Notes: generated by a model from the sequence alone, not told the origin. DNA of 64,000 nt from Thermodesulfobacteriota bacterium (GCA_963675595.2 CAXXLZ010000002.1:1888001-1952000), one strand, 5' to 3'; counted from the stretch's first letter, positions 1-10,460 are shown. Made by a program: numbers and translations.

Positions 1-782
1 TCCAACGGGATTCCCATGTCCAGTTCCCGCACCACACCCTGGTTGACCCGTCCTTTGAGACGGCTTGTCCCCATGAGGGTCTCCACGACGCGCAAGGCGT
101 TGGCCTGTTTCCCGTCGGCCGCGTCATCGGCCGTTTCCACGAACTTCACCGACTGAACCGCGATGTTGGAGATGAAGGCGTCGTCGGAAATGGGCTTGCC
201 CGACTGAAGCAAAGCGGCATAGAGGTAGAACCCCAGGCCGTCGAACTCGGCCGGCAGGGTGAGCGTATAGATGGTGTAGGTGTCTAAAGATACGGAAATG
301 CCGCTCTTCGCCGGTACGGCGGCCCAACTGAAGGGCGCGGCGTCTCTTCCGGTGAAGAAAAGCAGGGCGGGTTGGCCGTAGAGAGCGGCCGCCACATAAA
401 GATCGCCCTGGTCTTTGGAGGTTCCGGAAACGGTCACCTTGATGGAAAAGGTTTCCCCTCCATAGTAGGCGGTTTGCATGCCTTTGAAGGAAACCTGGGC
501 GACTTGGGTTGCCGTGGGAGTTACCGGAGAAGCGTCGGAGCCTCGGAACATACCGGGAACCGGCACGGCCCCGGACCGAGCCGCGCGACTTTTTCCGGCC
601 GTGGAGCCGTCGTCGCCGAGCCTTAAATCCGCGGCCAAAGAAAGGATGGATGAAGGGTTGGTGGATGGGGTTGCGTTGGATTCCGTCGGATCTGTTTCTC
701 CTCCCCACAACGGGGCGGAAGCCACGCACACCAGAAAGCTTGCCGCCACGGCAAGCAACCGACCGGCGGACCGAAGGCCCAT
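1..782 (-). CDS. Secreted/periplasmic protein of unknown function, partial (runs off the window start)
   Basis: Absent from the ORF track. ATG at 782 with AGGAGG upstream; frame open to base 1: MGLRSAGRLLAVAASFLVCVASAPLWG (signal-peptide-like), a Ser/Pro/Thr linker, then a beta-rich region (YYGGETFSIKVTVSG...DLYVAAAL...FYLYAAL). Confidence 0.75.
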   Translation of the reverse strand, partial: MGLRSAGRLLAVAASFLVCVASAPLWGGETDPTESNATPSTNPSSILSLAADLRLGDDGSTAGKSRAARSGAVPVPGMFRGSDASPVTPTATQVAQVSFKGMQTAYYGGETFSIKVTVSGTSKDQGDLYVAAALYGQPALLFFTGRDAAPFSWAAVPAKSGISVSLDTYTIYTLTLPAEFDGLGFYLYAALLQSGKPISDDAFISNIAVQSVKFVETADDAADGKQANALRVVETLMGTSRLKGRVNQGVVRELDMGIPL

Positions 783-876
783 GATTGTCCCTCCTGTTTT
801 AAGGCATCCTTTATGCTCGTCCGGCGCGGACCCCTCCTTTGGTTCGTGGGAGTCCTCTTCCTCCGGGCGAGTGCAA

Positions 877-907
877 CAGCCCGTTGAAACAGCCCCATTA
901 TTGCAGA
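877..907 (+). mobile_element. Isolated IS/MITE terminal-repeat remnant
   Basis: CAGCCCGTTGAA-N8-ATTATTGCAGA matches the outer end of the element inserted in higB (read from 22268, minus strand) and resembles the end at 22572-22591. Confidence 0.5.
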
Positions 908-1306
908 CTCATCTCCACTATTTGGGAAGTTCGACGTGAAACCGTCTCTGATGACTCAGCGCAGGCGCAATTTTCCGGAAGCATCGACAACAGCGGAGCA
1001 CAACGGCATCTTCCGTCGCAACCGCGGCCTCTCCGGGAACAAACCGGCACTATCGTATTTCGCGGGGTAATAGTTGATTATAGTTTCAATATCGAAATTC
1101 GATCAATCCCCTTTTGGACGTTTCTGTTCCGCATGGGATGCCGGCGACGAACCCATCGTTTTGACTCACTTGGGCTCCCGAGTGCCGGAACCACACGCCC
1201 TTCAAGACCCTTCACTGCATCCATTCGAAATAGCGTGCGGCGCTTCCGAAAAGGCGCCGCACACACCCCAAGAATTTCCGGTCCCTAATTTCATTCTCAC
1301 ATCAAC

Positions 1307-1394
1307 CTCTCCGCCGAAGGCGGTGAGGCCTGTTTGAAAGGTATTTGAAAAGGGAGCACCGGGGGAACTTCCTCCAAGTTCTCCCCGGTGAATG
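1307..1394 (+). repeat. REP-like double-hairpin repeat, copy A
   Basis: CTCTCCGCCGAAGGCGGTGAGGCC...CCGGGGGAACTT..AAGTTCTCCCCGGTGAATG; recurs at 24301-24387 (reverse), 59634-59721 and degenerately at 25797-25875. Confidence 0.75.
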
Positions 1395-1424
1395 ACTGCC
1401 ATCAGGACAGGCAAATCGACTCCG

Positions 1425-1550
1425 GCAGGCCGTTGAAAAACGATGAGCTGCAAGGCGCGCGAATCCCGACGAGCAAGGCGTACACGGGAGTACGTCGCAG
1501 TGACGAGGGATGAAGCGCAACGCCGCAGATCGCGTTTTTCGCCGGTCTGC
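1425..1550. mobile_element. MITE-like element of about 125 bp with terminal inverted repeats
   Basis: GCAGGCCGTTGAAAAACG...CGTTTTTCGCCGGTCTGC; closely matches the reverse complement of 22117-22245; abuts the stop codon (CTAG) of the DASS gene. Confidence 0.75.
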
Positions 1551-3142
1551 TAGACCAGGCCCAGAATCCGCCACCACACGGCGGCCACCAAAATCAGGGC
1601 CGCCAACAGCACCGGCATGACTACGGCGCCTGCCTTGGTGAGGTCCGCCGACCGGAAGTACCGGTAGCTGTAGGCGATGGCATTGGGAGGGCACCCGATG
1701 ACCAGCAGCATGGCGAAAGAGGTGGCCATTCCCAGGCAGAGGGCCAATATACGCGGGTCCACGCCTTCCAGTTGCGCCATGGGAATCACGATAGGGAGAA
1801 TCAGGGCCGCCGCGGCCACATTGGCCATGGCGTTGGTCACCAGGGCCCCGAACACGGCCACCGCGGAAAACAGCAGCAGCCAACCTCCTCCCTGGACATA
1901 CGGGAAGAACAGGTTGGCAAAGTAATCCGCCGCCCCCGAGCTTCCCATGCCCAGGCCCAGGGAGATGCCTCCGCCGAAAATAAACAAGGCCGTGCCCCAT
2001 TCCAGGTGGGTGTGAATGTCTTCCCACTTGAGCACGCCGCCGATGACCAGGGCGGCCACTCCCAGGCTGCCGGTGATGGAATAGTGAAAGCCGTGGAATT
2101 CCTTGGTGAGCCACAACACGAACACAACGGCCGAAATGATCAAGGTCTTCTTTTCCACCGCCGTAAAGGGACCCAACGACTCGTCGAACTTGGGCAGTTT
2201 GTACTGAGGTTCGGGCCGAAACAACAGGTACAACGCGAATACGGACAACGGCACCGTAATGAGGGCGGCGGGCATGGCGAACACGATCCAATCCAGGAAC
2301 GAGATTTCCACGCCTGTGAACTCCTTGAGAAAGGCCGCGGCCACCATGCAGCGGCCGCCGCCCACCAGGGTGCCCATGCCCCCGCACGAGCAGGCGAAGG
2401 GCAAAGAAAGCATCATGAACTTGGCCGTCCTGGTCTGCGGTTCTATGCCGGCGGCACGCATCATGGGAATCATGGTCACGATGCCGATGGCCGTTGCGGC
2501 GGCGTCGTGCATGACGCTGGAGGCGATGCCCAGACCGATGCAAAGCATGAAGGTAAAGCGGGTGACGCTGTCTCCGGCCCGCTTCACGATCCAGTATCCC
2601 ATGCGTTTGGTGAGCCCCGCCTTATCCAGGGCGATGGCGAAAATCAGGCAACACATGATGAACACCACCACCGGGTTCATGTATGGCGCCCACGCGTCCT
2701 TGGTGTTGTTGATCCCCGTGAGCACCAGAAAGACGCCGATGAGCACGGCGGTGATTTCAAGGGGAATGCTCTCCGCCACGAACATGAACACCAGGAATAC
2801 CAGAACGGCCAGGAAGCGTTTTCCCTTGGGCGGAAGCCCGTCCACATAGCCGACTTCCACCTCGGTCAATCCTGCTTCGGCGGCTTGTTTTTCCAGGTAG
2901 CGGGCCGTGGCCTCGGAACTTCCCGGATTTTTCGCCAGGACAATGTAAGGAGCTCCCTTTCTTTCCGGAGTCGCCGCCACGTCGAAAGAAGCGCTTACCC
3001 GAGAAATCAAGGTCAAGACCTGTTGCGAATCTCCTTTGATTTTGAACTTGGTGCCTTCCGGCCTCGGAAGCAGCAACACAATGATCCCCAGCCCCAGGGC
3101 GATGCAGATCTGCACCGTCTTATCGGCCAAGAGCTTTTTCAT
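1550..3142 (-). CDS. DASS/SLC13-family sodium:anion (dicarboxylate/sulfate) symporter
   Basis: 530 aa, many TM segments; motifs FACSCGGMGTLVG, AMANVAAAALILP, SFAMLLVIGCPPNAIAY. Confidence 0.9.
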   Translation of the reverse strand: MKKLLADKTVQICIALGLGIIVLLLPRPEGTKFKIKGDSQQVLTLISRVSASFDVAATPERKGAPYIVLAKNPGSSEATARYLEKQAAEAGLTEVEVGYVDGLPPKGKRFLAVLVFLVFMFVAESIPLEITAVLIGVFLVLTGINNTKDAWAPYMNPVVVFIMCCLIFAIALDKAGLTKRMGYWIVKRAGDSVTRFTFMLCIGLGIASSVMHDAAATAIGIVTMIPMMRAAGIEPQTRTAKFMMLSLPFACSCGGMGTLVGGGRCMVAAAFLKEFTGVEISFLDWIVFAMPAALITVPLSVFALYLLFRPEPQYKLPKFDESLGPFTAVEKKTLIISAVVFVLWLTKEFHGFHYSITGSLGVAALVIGGVLKWEDIHTHLEWGTALFIFGGGISLGLGMGSSGAADYFANLFFPYVQGGGWLLLFSAVAVFGALVTNAMANVAAAALILPIVIPMAQLEGVDPRILALCLGMATSFAMLLVIGCPPNAIAYSYRYFRSADLTKAGAVVMPVLLAALILVAAVWWRILGLV

Positions 3143-3480
3143 CTCTTTCCCTTTCGAAATCCGAAATCACGCCTTTGGAATTGGTTGTCCCCGGCCGTCA
3201 CCACGTCCGGAGCGTCCGACATCAAATCGATCGCTCCCTTGCGGCCGGCGACGGCACGAACAACGCCGTTATCACATCCACGGAACGCCCTCCCCGTTGG
3301 GGACCCTCCACGACTGCGAAAACTATGATGTCTTTGGAGTTCAGACTCCTCTGGAAAGAATGGAGGGAACCCGCGACGTTACGTGCCTGTAACGCTCGTA
3401 GGCGGCGCTGCGCATCAGGAAGGAGGCACCGAAAAGGCAAATGCGCAACGTTTCCGTGTTCTTGGTTAAGCCGCTGTTGA

Positions 3481-3921
3481 TCAAACTTCGCCCACGCGTC
3501 TGAGCAGGGCGATTTCTTCCGCCTTGCGGATTCTTTCTTCTTGTTCCCACTTACGTTGTCGAGCACCGGCGAGTTTCTCGAGGAGGTCCTTGAAATCGGC
3601 GGGCTTGTTCAAATAGTCGAAGGCGCCCAGCTTCATCCCCTCCACCGCCGTGTCCACGGCTCCATGGCCCGTAAGCAGAATGACTTCCACAATGGGATGC
3701 CGTCGTTTGATTTCCCGTAAGGTTTCGATCCCGTCCATGCCGGGCATCTTAATATCCAAGACCACCACGTCGATATTCGTTGTCTTCAACAATCCCAGGC
3801 ATTCTTCCCCGCTGTAGGTTTTAAACACTCTTTCGCCCGCGTCTTCCAGACGCATGGCGAACATTTCTACAAAGTCTTTTTCGTCGTCCACGACGAGCAC
3901 TTTGGTGGGTATTCTGATCAT
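3481..3921 (-). CDS. Single receiver-domain response regulator with C-terminal coiled tail
   Basis: VLVVDDE, VVVLDIKMPGMDG, LTGHG, YLNKP receiver motifs. Confidence 0.95.
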   Translation of the reverse strand: MIRIPTKVLVVDDEKDFVEMFAMRLEDAGERVFKTYSGEECLGLLKTTNIDVVVLDIKMPGMDGIETLREIKRRHPIVEVILLTGHGAVDTAVEGMKLGAFDYLNKPADFKDLLEKLAGARQRKWEQEERIRKAEEIALLRRVGEV

Positions 3922-4193
3922 TTTCGTTTCTCCCCAAAGGGCATGGGTTACCGGCGATATTCCCGGCCTTGCCGACGCTGAACGGTCATTCTTCCGACCG
4001 TCGTATTAATTTTCCTCCAAACCCGATTTCCGCGCAAGCCCCCACAATTACACAAGTCTGTAAAAGAAAAACGGGGTATTCGGGCGAAATAAGGTACAGA
4101 TACAAAGCTGGAGGCATGCTCGGGAAAAAGTAGAAGAGGCGGGAATCGTTCGATTGCGAACGCTGTCCCGAGAAATCTTACGAAATATTTGTC

Positions 4194-4223
4194 TTGACTT
4201 TCATGAAGCAGCAGGTGTATTCT
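4194..4223 (+). promoter_or_regulatory. Putative sigma70 promoter of the cold-shock gene
   Basis: TTGACT-N18-TATTCT about 125 nt upstream of the csp start. Confidence 0.5.
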
Positions 4224-4348
4224 CCTTTAATCGATAGTGGTCCATTCAAAATGCGGGCCGGTTTCGATCGGAGGGGCGATCCATTCGTCTGAAGTGGCGA
4301 CCTGAAGGTTGGGACTGTGGGAACTTTTTTAATTAGGAGGACGCCACT

Positions 4349-4549
4349 ATGGCCAATGGGGTTGTGAAGTGGTTCAGTGAGAAGAAGGGGTATGGTTTTA
4401 TCGAACAGGAAGACGGCACGGATGTTTTCGTGCATTACTCCGGAATCACCGGTTCCGGATTCAAGACCTTGAATGAAGGCGACCGCGTGACCTTCGAGGT
4501 TGAAAAAGGCAAGAAGGGACCGGCGGCGGTAAATGTGATGGTGGTCTGA
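4349..4549 (+). CDS. cspA: Cold-shock protein (CSD)
   Basis: 66 aa with KWF, KGYGFI (RNP1) and DVFVHYS (RNP2); AGGAGG RBS. Confidence 0.97.
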   Translation: MANGVVKWFSEKKGYGFIEQEDGTDVFVHYSGITGSGFKTLNEGDRVTFEVEKGKKGPAAVNVMVV

Positions 4550-5124
4550 CTCCGGTAAGCACCGTTTTAGAATATGCGATGAATTTCTCGAGCGTCCCCA
4601 TGTAGGGGACGCTCTTTTTTTGCCGGTTCGGAGAGCATCCGGGAGAATCCTTTTAGCGGCAAAGGGGTTTCCTTTGAACCCATTCGCGCTTTGCCCCCCT
4701 TCCTCACCGGAAGCCCCGAACGTTCGGCGAAATCGATCACCCGCCGCTCGATTCCAGCACGAGATGGCTCCGTTGCTTCCCCTTGTCCGTCCAAAGATGA
4801 ACGACCCGGTATCCGGGCTCGTTCACCCAAAGGGCGAGTCGGTCGTACACCCGGTCTCCCCAGACGCGCAGGGTTCCTGCGAGCGATTTCCCGGCTTCGC
4901 AGGGAATCTCCACCAATAGTCGGTCGGGACGATCACGCGCCGAGCAGTCTTCCCGCGGATGCATCAGAGCCCTCAGCTCTTCGGAAGCCGCCTCACGGAC
5001 GGACGGGCCTTTTCAACGCGTCTTTCGGTTGACGAACATTCCCGGCGGAAATGCCTATTGACTCCCTTTTTCTATTCAAATAAGAACTTGCATGCAAACG
5101 ACTTTTTATCGGAAAGGAACTTCC

Positions 5125-5457
5125 ATGGCTTTTCACGACATTTCACAACTAGCCCCCAAGAATCTCGCCGAAGGCATCCGTATCCGCTTCGTCCCCGGCG
5201 AACAGATGATGATGGTATTCTATGATCTGGATGCCGGCGCCGTCATTCCAGAGCATTCCCACCCCCATGAGCAGATCGGGCTGGTCCTCCAAGGAAGCCT
5301 CGAAATCGTCATCGATGGGGAGCGCAAGCTGGTCCACGCCGGAGAGGCGGCCTACCACGTGCCCGGCGGGGTGGTTCATTCGGCCCTGTGCGGGGATCAG
5401 CCGGTTAAGGTGGTGGAAGTGTTCAGCCCGCCTCGCGAAGATTTTCTGGCCCTTTGA
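5125..5457 (+). CDS. Cupin-domain protein
   Basis: PEHSHPHEQ and VPGGVVHSA cupin motifs, C-terminal FSPPREDF; start taken at ATG 5125 after AAGGA. Confidence 0.9.
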   Translation: MAFHDISQLAPKNLAEGIRIRFVPGEQMMMVFYDLDAGAVIPEHSHPHEQIGLVLQGSLEIVIDGERKLVHAGEAAYHVPGGVVHSALCGDQPVKVVEVFSPPREDFLAL

Positions 5458-5487
5458 CGCGCACGGCGCCCGGTTGTCATTTAGTGC

Positions 5488-5516
5488 TTGACAGGCTTCC
5501 GGGGGAATGTCATCTT
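5488..5516 (+). promoter_or_regulatory. Putative sigma70 promoter of the tRNA pair
   Basis: TTGACA-N17-CATCTT about 25 nt upstream of tRNA-Lys. Confidence 0.55.
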
Positions 5517-5539
5517 TAGCTTTTCGCCGAAGGCCATGT

Positions 5540-5615
5540 GGGCCGTTAACTCAGGCGGTAGAGTATCTGCCTTTTAAGCAGAGAGTCGCAGGTTCGAGCC
5601 CTGCACGGCCCACCA
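5540..5615 (+). tRNA. tRNA-Lys (anticodon TTT)
   Basis: GGGCCGT acceptor stem, anticodon arm TCTGC-CTTTTAA-GCAGA, GGTTCGA T-loop, encoded CCA. Confidence 0.97.
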
Positions 5616-5683
5616 AAAATCGACGATGTTCATCGGGGTCCCGCCGACCTGGAACCCCGGAATAAAGAATCAAGTTTTCCGCC

Positions 5684-5761
5684 GTCCCCATCGTCTAGCC
5701 AGGTCCAGGACACCGGCCTTTCACGCCGGCGACAGGGGTTCGAATCCCCTTGGGGACGCCA
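5684..5761 (+). tRNA. tRNA-Glu (anticodon TTC)
   Basis: GTCCCCA acceptor stem, anticodon arm CCGGC-CTTTCAC-GCCGG, GGTTCGAATCC, encoded CCA. Confidence 0.97.
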
Positions 5762-5774
5762 ATTTGAAAATTTT

Positions 5775-5801
5775 AGGGCAGCTTCGGCTGCCCTTTTTTT
5801 T
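5775..5801 (+). terminator. Intrinsic terminator after the tRNAs
   Basis: AGGGCAGC-TTCG-GCTGCCCT followed by a T run. Confidence 0.9.
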
Positions 5802-6011
5802 GCCTGATAGGAAAGAAAAAAATCAGTCGAATTTTGAAAAAGCAGGGCATGTCGATTTCACCGAACACTGTGATCGCGGTTTTGGAAAGAAATGCATGAT
5901 TTTTTCGAGATGAGAGGGAACACTTATACCGCTATTCATCCGACATGGAACGCTTGGTCCTCAGGACCAGGTCAGAGTGCAGAGGCTTCGCCCTATGTAA
6001 ATGTGTATTGT

Positions 6012-6773
6012 TTATATCCGGCCTAAAAAACGCAGTAATCCATCGAAAATGGTCAAAGGATGCGGCGGACAGCCCGGAATGAATAAATCAACCGGTAAAA
6101 TGCCACCCGCACCGTTACATTGCTCGGGGTGATCACCAAATATACCGCCTGAAATGGCGCAAGTTCCGACCGCAATGACAATTTTAGGGGAAGGAACCGC
6201 AGCGTATGTTTTTTCAAGCGCCAGTTTCATGTTTTGAGTGACTGGACCGGTAATCAGCAGGCCGTCGGCATGGCGTGGCGAGGCCACGAACTGAATCCCC
6301 ATGCGGCCCATGTCCCAGGCCGGCGTGCCGAGTACATTGCTGTCGGCTTCACAGGCATTGCAGCCACCCGCTGATACCTGCCTGAGTTTGAGCGATCTGG
6401 AAAACAGCCTGGCAGCCAAAATATGCCGGATATTTTCCGGTACGGACGGATGGTCTGAAACAACCAGATCGTTTCGTGATATCGCGGCCAGCCGGTAATC
6501 CGAGTTAAACCGGATGTTGTTTGAAGGACAGGCGGTTTGGCAGGCAAGGCAAAAAATGCATTTTCCGGTATCGATTGTCGGGTAATCATTCTCATTGGAA
6601 AACGTAATCGCACCGGTCGGGCAGTTTGTCCGACATTCCTTGCAACCGCGGATGCAGTTACGCCCGATCACCGGTCGGCCGGCAAAACGATCCGGAAGTT
6701 TCGGCGCTATGCCATTGGGAAAAGCCATGGTGCGATATTTTTGTTGAAACCGTGTTTTGATGATCCTTAGCAT
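6012..6773 (-). CDS. hyfI: Ehr/hydrogenase-4-like small subunit: 2[4Fe-4S] ferredoxin (HyfH-like) fused to a NuoB/HyfI-like domain
   Basis: CIRGCKECRTNCP and CIFCLACQTACP clusters, then GGCNACE, ASPRHADGLLITG, GTCAISGG, PGCPP. Confidence 0.88.
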   Translation of the reverse strand: MLRIIKTRFQQKYRTMAFPNGIAPKLPDRFAGRPVIGRNCIRGCKECRTNCPTGAITFSNENDYPTIDTGKCIFCLACQTACPSNNIRFNSDYRLAAISRNDLVVSDHPSVPENIRHILAARLFSRSLKLRQVSAGGCNACEADSNVLGTPAWDMGRMGIQFVASPRHADGLLITGPVTQNMKLALEKTYAAVPSPKIVIAVGTCAISGGIFGDHPEQCNGAGGILPVDLFIPGCPPHPLTIFDGLLRFLGRI

Positions 6774-6803
6774 GGACGAATGATTCTCCTCGGAAACGGT
6801 CGA

Positions 6804-8318
6804 TTATTGATCATGACCACAGTATGAAAGGTTGAAGCTTTTATTGCACAACGGAAAATCAGAAATCTGCTGGTGTCGCAAAGCAAGCGCCAGGCCGAAC
6901 CAGTTGTGGAAGGACGGGTCGACGACCTTGTAAAAGGAAAATCGTCCCTTCTGATCCGTGGCCGCGGCATGGCAGATTTCTCCCCGCCAGCCTTCAACCA
7001 GACTGACGGTGAAATACCCCTGCCGGACATCGGGTAATTCCTTTTCGGTTTTTCCTTCGGGCAATTCATGCAACTGCTGCTGAATAAATGCCAGCGATTG
7101 TTGGATTTCAAGCCGTCGGACATAGGCGCGGCCGAAACAGTCGCCACTGGTCCAAGTGCTTACAGGCAGTTGTCTTAGACGATACATGCCATATGGGAAT
7201 TCCTGCCGGATATCATATTCCAGGCCGCAGGCCCGGGCGGCCACACCAACCAGCCCGATGCGACGGGCGGTTTCAGTGGTAAGCGTCCCGGTTCGTTCAA
7301 ATCTGGCCAGTACGGAAGGCGTGCCAAACATCAGTTCGATGGCACTTGTCGCATCCTGTTCAATCGCTTCAAGCCGGCTCGAAAGATGGTTAAGTAACTT
7401 TGAATTCAGATCAAATGCAATGCCTCCCGGCCGCACCAGTCCACGGCCGAACCGGTTGCCGCATAGGTCGGCGGTCAGGTTTAACACGTCACCGCGGATA
7501 CGTCCGCAATAATTCATCGTCGGCAAGAATCCGACGTCTCCAGCCAAAGCGCCGAGATCGCCGATGTGATTGGCCAGACGTTCCAATTCAGAGGCAATTG
7601 CTCGAATCGCTTCGGCGCGGGCCGGGGCCTGGATTTCGGACAATGCTTCAAGATTATGAACGTAAGCGGTAGCATGACCGACGGTCGTGTCGCCGGCGAG
7701 TGTTTCCATATAATGACGGCTTAGCGGTGTCGGACCGCCCGTCATCGCCCGCTCGATTCCACGGTGTTGATATCCCAAAGATATTTCAAGGTGAAAAACG
7801 GTTTCTCCATGACATAAAAAACGGAAATGGCCGGGCTCGATGACGCCCGCATGCACCGGCCCGACCGCCACTTCATGCCCTTCATTGCCGCTCATGGAAA
7901 AAAACTCTGTTTGACCGATGGGCGCCGACTGGGGTTGATCCGGAGGTAACCGATGGGAAGGTGTAAACCGGATTGGTTTCAGCCATGGATGACCCTCCGG
8001 TACACCATGCCATTGTTCGGCAATCTCTCTTTCAAACCAATGAAATGACGGACAGTCCGGCGTTAGCGAGAGCCATCGTTGGGATAACTCACTGGATAAA
8101 ATCCCCAACTCGGCGGTTTGCGGAAAAGCCAACACCGCCAACACATTCAGTTGATCTCCTGTTTCAGACGGCCAGACCGGCATGGCCGAAATTCTAGCGC
8201 TTTTCTCAACCGCATCGATGAGAACGTTTCGGAACAACTTAAAAGGCACTTGGGGGATGGATGCCATGGGCACGGCTTCACCGTTTCCCATCAGTAAAAA
8301 AGGATCGGATGCAGCCAT
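6804..8318 (-). CDS. hyfG: Ehr large subunit (HyfG/HycE, NuoC+NuoD-like) lacking the NiFe-binding CxxC motifs
   Basis: WFEREIAE, GHPWLKP, VGPVHAGVIEPGHFRF, LGYQHRGIE, ELERLANH, VEGWRGE; the N-terminal ligand site reads ETLAGDTTVGH and the C-terminus DFPLCNKSFNLSYCGHDQ. Start set at ATG 8318. Confidence 0.9.
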   Translation of the reverse strand: MAASDPFLLMGNGEAVPMASIPQVPFKLFRNVLIDAVEKSARISAMPVWPSETGDQLNVLAVLAFPQTAELGILSSELSQRWLSLTPDCPSFHWFEREIAEQWHGVPEGHPWLKPIRFTPSHRLPPDQPQSAPIGQTEFFSMSGNEGHEVAVGPVHAGVIEPGHFRFLCHGETVFHLEISLGYQHRGIERAMTGGPTPLSRHYMETLAGDTTVGHATAYVHNLEALSEIQAPARAEAIRAIASELERLANHIGDLGALAGDVGFLPTMNYCGRIRGDVLNLTADLCGNRFGRGLVRPGGIAFDLNSKLLNHLSSRLEAIEQDATSAIELMFGTPSVLARFERTGTLTTETARRIGLVGVAARACGLEYDIRQEFPYGMYRLRQLPVSTWTSGDCFGRAYVRRLEIQQSLAFIQQQLHELPEGKTEKELPDVRQGYFTVSLVEGWRGEICHAAATDQKGRFSFYKVVDPSFHNWFGLALALRHQQISDFPLCNKSFNLSYCGHDQ

Positions 8319-9793
8319 CAGCGACCTCCTGCGTTTTGAGCGGCATGTGCCATAAACTGCCATAACCTTGACGGAATATACAACCCAAGGATCAGAACGC
8401 CCGCACAAAGCGCGACCGACGGTCCGCTGAACCATATTTGCTCTCTGAAATCATTTGGTTGGGAGTTTGATTCCATGGTTTGTTCTGCCTGGCCAAATGT
8501 CATGGGGATCACAATTTTTGCCATAGCGATGAAAATAACAAACAGAAACAACAGATAGAAACCCGCAATAAACCACCGGCTGTTTTCGATGATTCCCTTG
8601 AATATGACCAACTCACTTGTAAACAGACCGAACGGGGGAGACCCGGTAATGGCCAGAAAACCGGCAAACCACAGAAAACCGGTTATAGGAAGGGTTTTAA
8701 AGACATGCCGCACATCCGCAGCATTTTTGGTTTTATAAAAATGCAACAACTGGCCGCTGCATAAAAACAGCATTCCCTTGGTCAGGGAGTGGCTGGTGGC
8801 ATGGAGCATGGCACCGGTTCCTGAAAGGCCGCCGATGCCGATACCCAGGGAAAGAATGCCCATGTGTTCGATGCTCGAATAGGCCAGCATCCGTTTATAA
8901 TCAGGTTGATGGATGATAAAGACCGCTGCGATCAACATTGAGAGCAAGCCAAAAAACACCAACAGCTCTCCGCTGAAATTCCTCAAGCCTGCTGCAGATA
9001 GAACACTGTGGCCGCGCAAAATTCCAAGAAACGCGCAGTTCAGCAAAGCGCCGGATAACAAGGTCGATACCATGGACGGTGCTTCGCTGTGGGCGTCGGG
9101 AAGCCAGTTGTGCATGGGGGCCAGGCCCATTTTTGTGCCGTATCCGACCAGAAACATAATAAAGGAGGCTTTCAGCCACAAGGGGTTTAACTGGCCGGCG
9201 TGGGATGTCAACGCCTCGACATTGAGGTGCAACCGGCCGGAACCGGCATAGGACAGAAAAAAATTTCCCAAAAGCGCCAGGGCGATTCCAACCGAACAAA
9301 TCAATAAATATTTCCAGGTGGCCTCCAGGCTGCGGTGGTGTTTATGGAAACTGATCAACGGCGCGCTCGCCAAGGTGGTCGCTTCAACCGCCACCCAAAG
9401 CAGCCCGAAGTTCCTGCTTATACAGACCAGGCTCATGGCGGATAAAAACAGGAGTAAACAGCCGATAAAGATGGATTCGGGATGGTTGACAAACAAAAAG
9501 CCTTCAACCGCGTCCTGGGTGGTTTGACCGGCTTCCCTAGACAGGTACAGGATAGTGTAGAAGGATACGGCTGCGAAAAGGATACTGGTAATACTTAAAA
9601 ATAACAGCCCGGTATCATCCAGGCCGATCCATTCATTGAAGGGAATACCGTTTCGATGCATGGCTAAAAGGACAACCGAAATGCCGTGCGCGACACCTCC
9701 GGCGATTAAAAGCAACCAGCGCAGCGGCCGGTTACGAATAACCAAGGCGATGAGTCCCAAAGTAGCCGGTATTAGAACGATATGTAGTAACAT
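8318..9793 (-). CDS. hyfF: Antiporter-like membrane subunit (HyfF/NuoM-N family)
   Basis: WVAVEATTLASAPL, SLEATWKY, GYGTKMGLAPMHNWLPDAHSEAP, KRMLAYSSIEH. Confidence 0.92.
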   Translation of the reverse strand: MLLHIVLIPATLGLIALVIRNRPLRWLLLIAGGVAHGISVVLLAMHRNGIPFNEWIGLDDTGLLFLSITSILFAAVSFYTILYLSREAGQTTQDAVEGFLFVNHPESIFIGCLLLFLSAMSLVCISRNFGLLWVAVEATTLASAPLISFHKHHRSLEATWKYLLICSVGIALALLGNFFLSYAGSGRLHLNVEALTSHAGQLNPLWLKASFIMFLVGYGTKMGLAPMHNWLPDAHSEAPSMVSTLLSGALLNCAFLGILRGHSVLSAAGLRNFSGELLVFFGLLSMLIAAVFIIHQPDYKRMLAYSSIEHMGILSLGIGIGGLSGTGAMLHATSHSLTKGMLFLCSGQLLHFYKTKNAADVRHVFKTLPITGFLWFAGFLAITGSPPFGLFTSELVIFKGIIENSRWFIAGFYLLFLFVIFIAMAKIVIPMTFGQAEQTMESNSQPNDFREQIWFSGPSVALCAGVLILGLYIPSRLWQFMAHAAQNAGGR

Positions 9794-9803
9794 GGCACGA
9801 TTC

Positions 9804-10460
9804 CTAATCCTTCAGTTCCGATAAACGGTCGGTATCGATATGGTCAAACTCACTGTTGATTTGATAGATGGTAATCCCCATGATAAAAACAGCCACGAAA
9901 ACGTCCAGAAGCACACCCATTTCAACTAAAAGCGGTTCTTTGATCGCTAAGGCCGCGCCAAACAGGTATACCCCATTTTCCATCGTCAGATACCCGATGA
10001 CCTGCGTCAGCGCTTTGCGCCGTGAAATAATAATCATCAACCCTATCAACAGAGAGAAGAGTGCGCTGGGTAGCAGAAAATGGGAAGATAGATTTGCATC
10101 TGTTCCAAATCGATAGGAAATAAGAAAGCATACCCCCAACAGGATGATTCCCACCATAATAGAGAAATCGTATCCTACGAAGGGTTCGATCTCACGCTGG
10201 ATATTTGTTTTTTGCACGGCGTGTTTCAAAAGCCGGGGCAAAATCCAGCCTTTGACTGCCAAAGTGATCAGTGCAAGCATCACCAATCGAAAAGACAAGG
10301 CCGAGGCCGATGGCGCCAAAGCAATTGGAATGGCGCACAGCGCAATTGCCTGAATCTGCATTGTATCGATTAAACCAAAAAGGCGACTGCTGGCCAGGAG
10401 CCTGAAATTTGTCAATACGACGCCAAGAACCAAAATTTCAGCCCATAACGAATTATTCAT
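9804..10460 (-). CDS. hyfE: Membrane subunit (HyfE-like)
   Basis: Hydrophobic protein with RKALTQVIGYLTMENG and EMGVLLD motifs; ATG overlaps the upstream stop. Confidence 0.88.
   Translation of the reverse strand: MNNSLWAEILVLGVVLTNFRLLASSRLFGLIDTMQIQAIALCAIPIALAPSASALSFRLVMLALITLAVKGWILPRLLKHAVQKTNIQREIEPFVGYDFSIMVGIILLGVCFLISYRFGTDANLSSHFLLPSALFSLLIGLMIIISRRKALTQVIGYLTMENGVYLFGAALAIKEPLLVEMGVLLDVFVAVFIMGITIYQINSEFDHIDTDRLSELKD

Noticed and set aside
5684-5800. tRNA-Glu as the attachment site of an integrative element
   Set aside because: No integrase and no second copy of the tRNA 3' end was found in the window.
6804-8318. Annotation as a functional NiFe hydrogenase or formate hydrogenlyase
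   Set aside because: Both CxxC nickel-binding motifs are absent.
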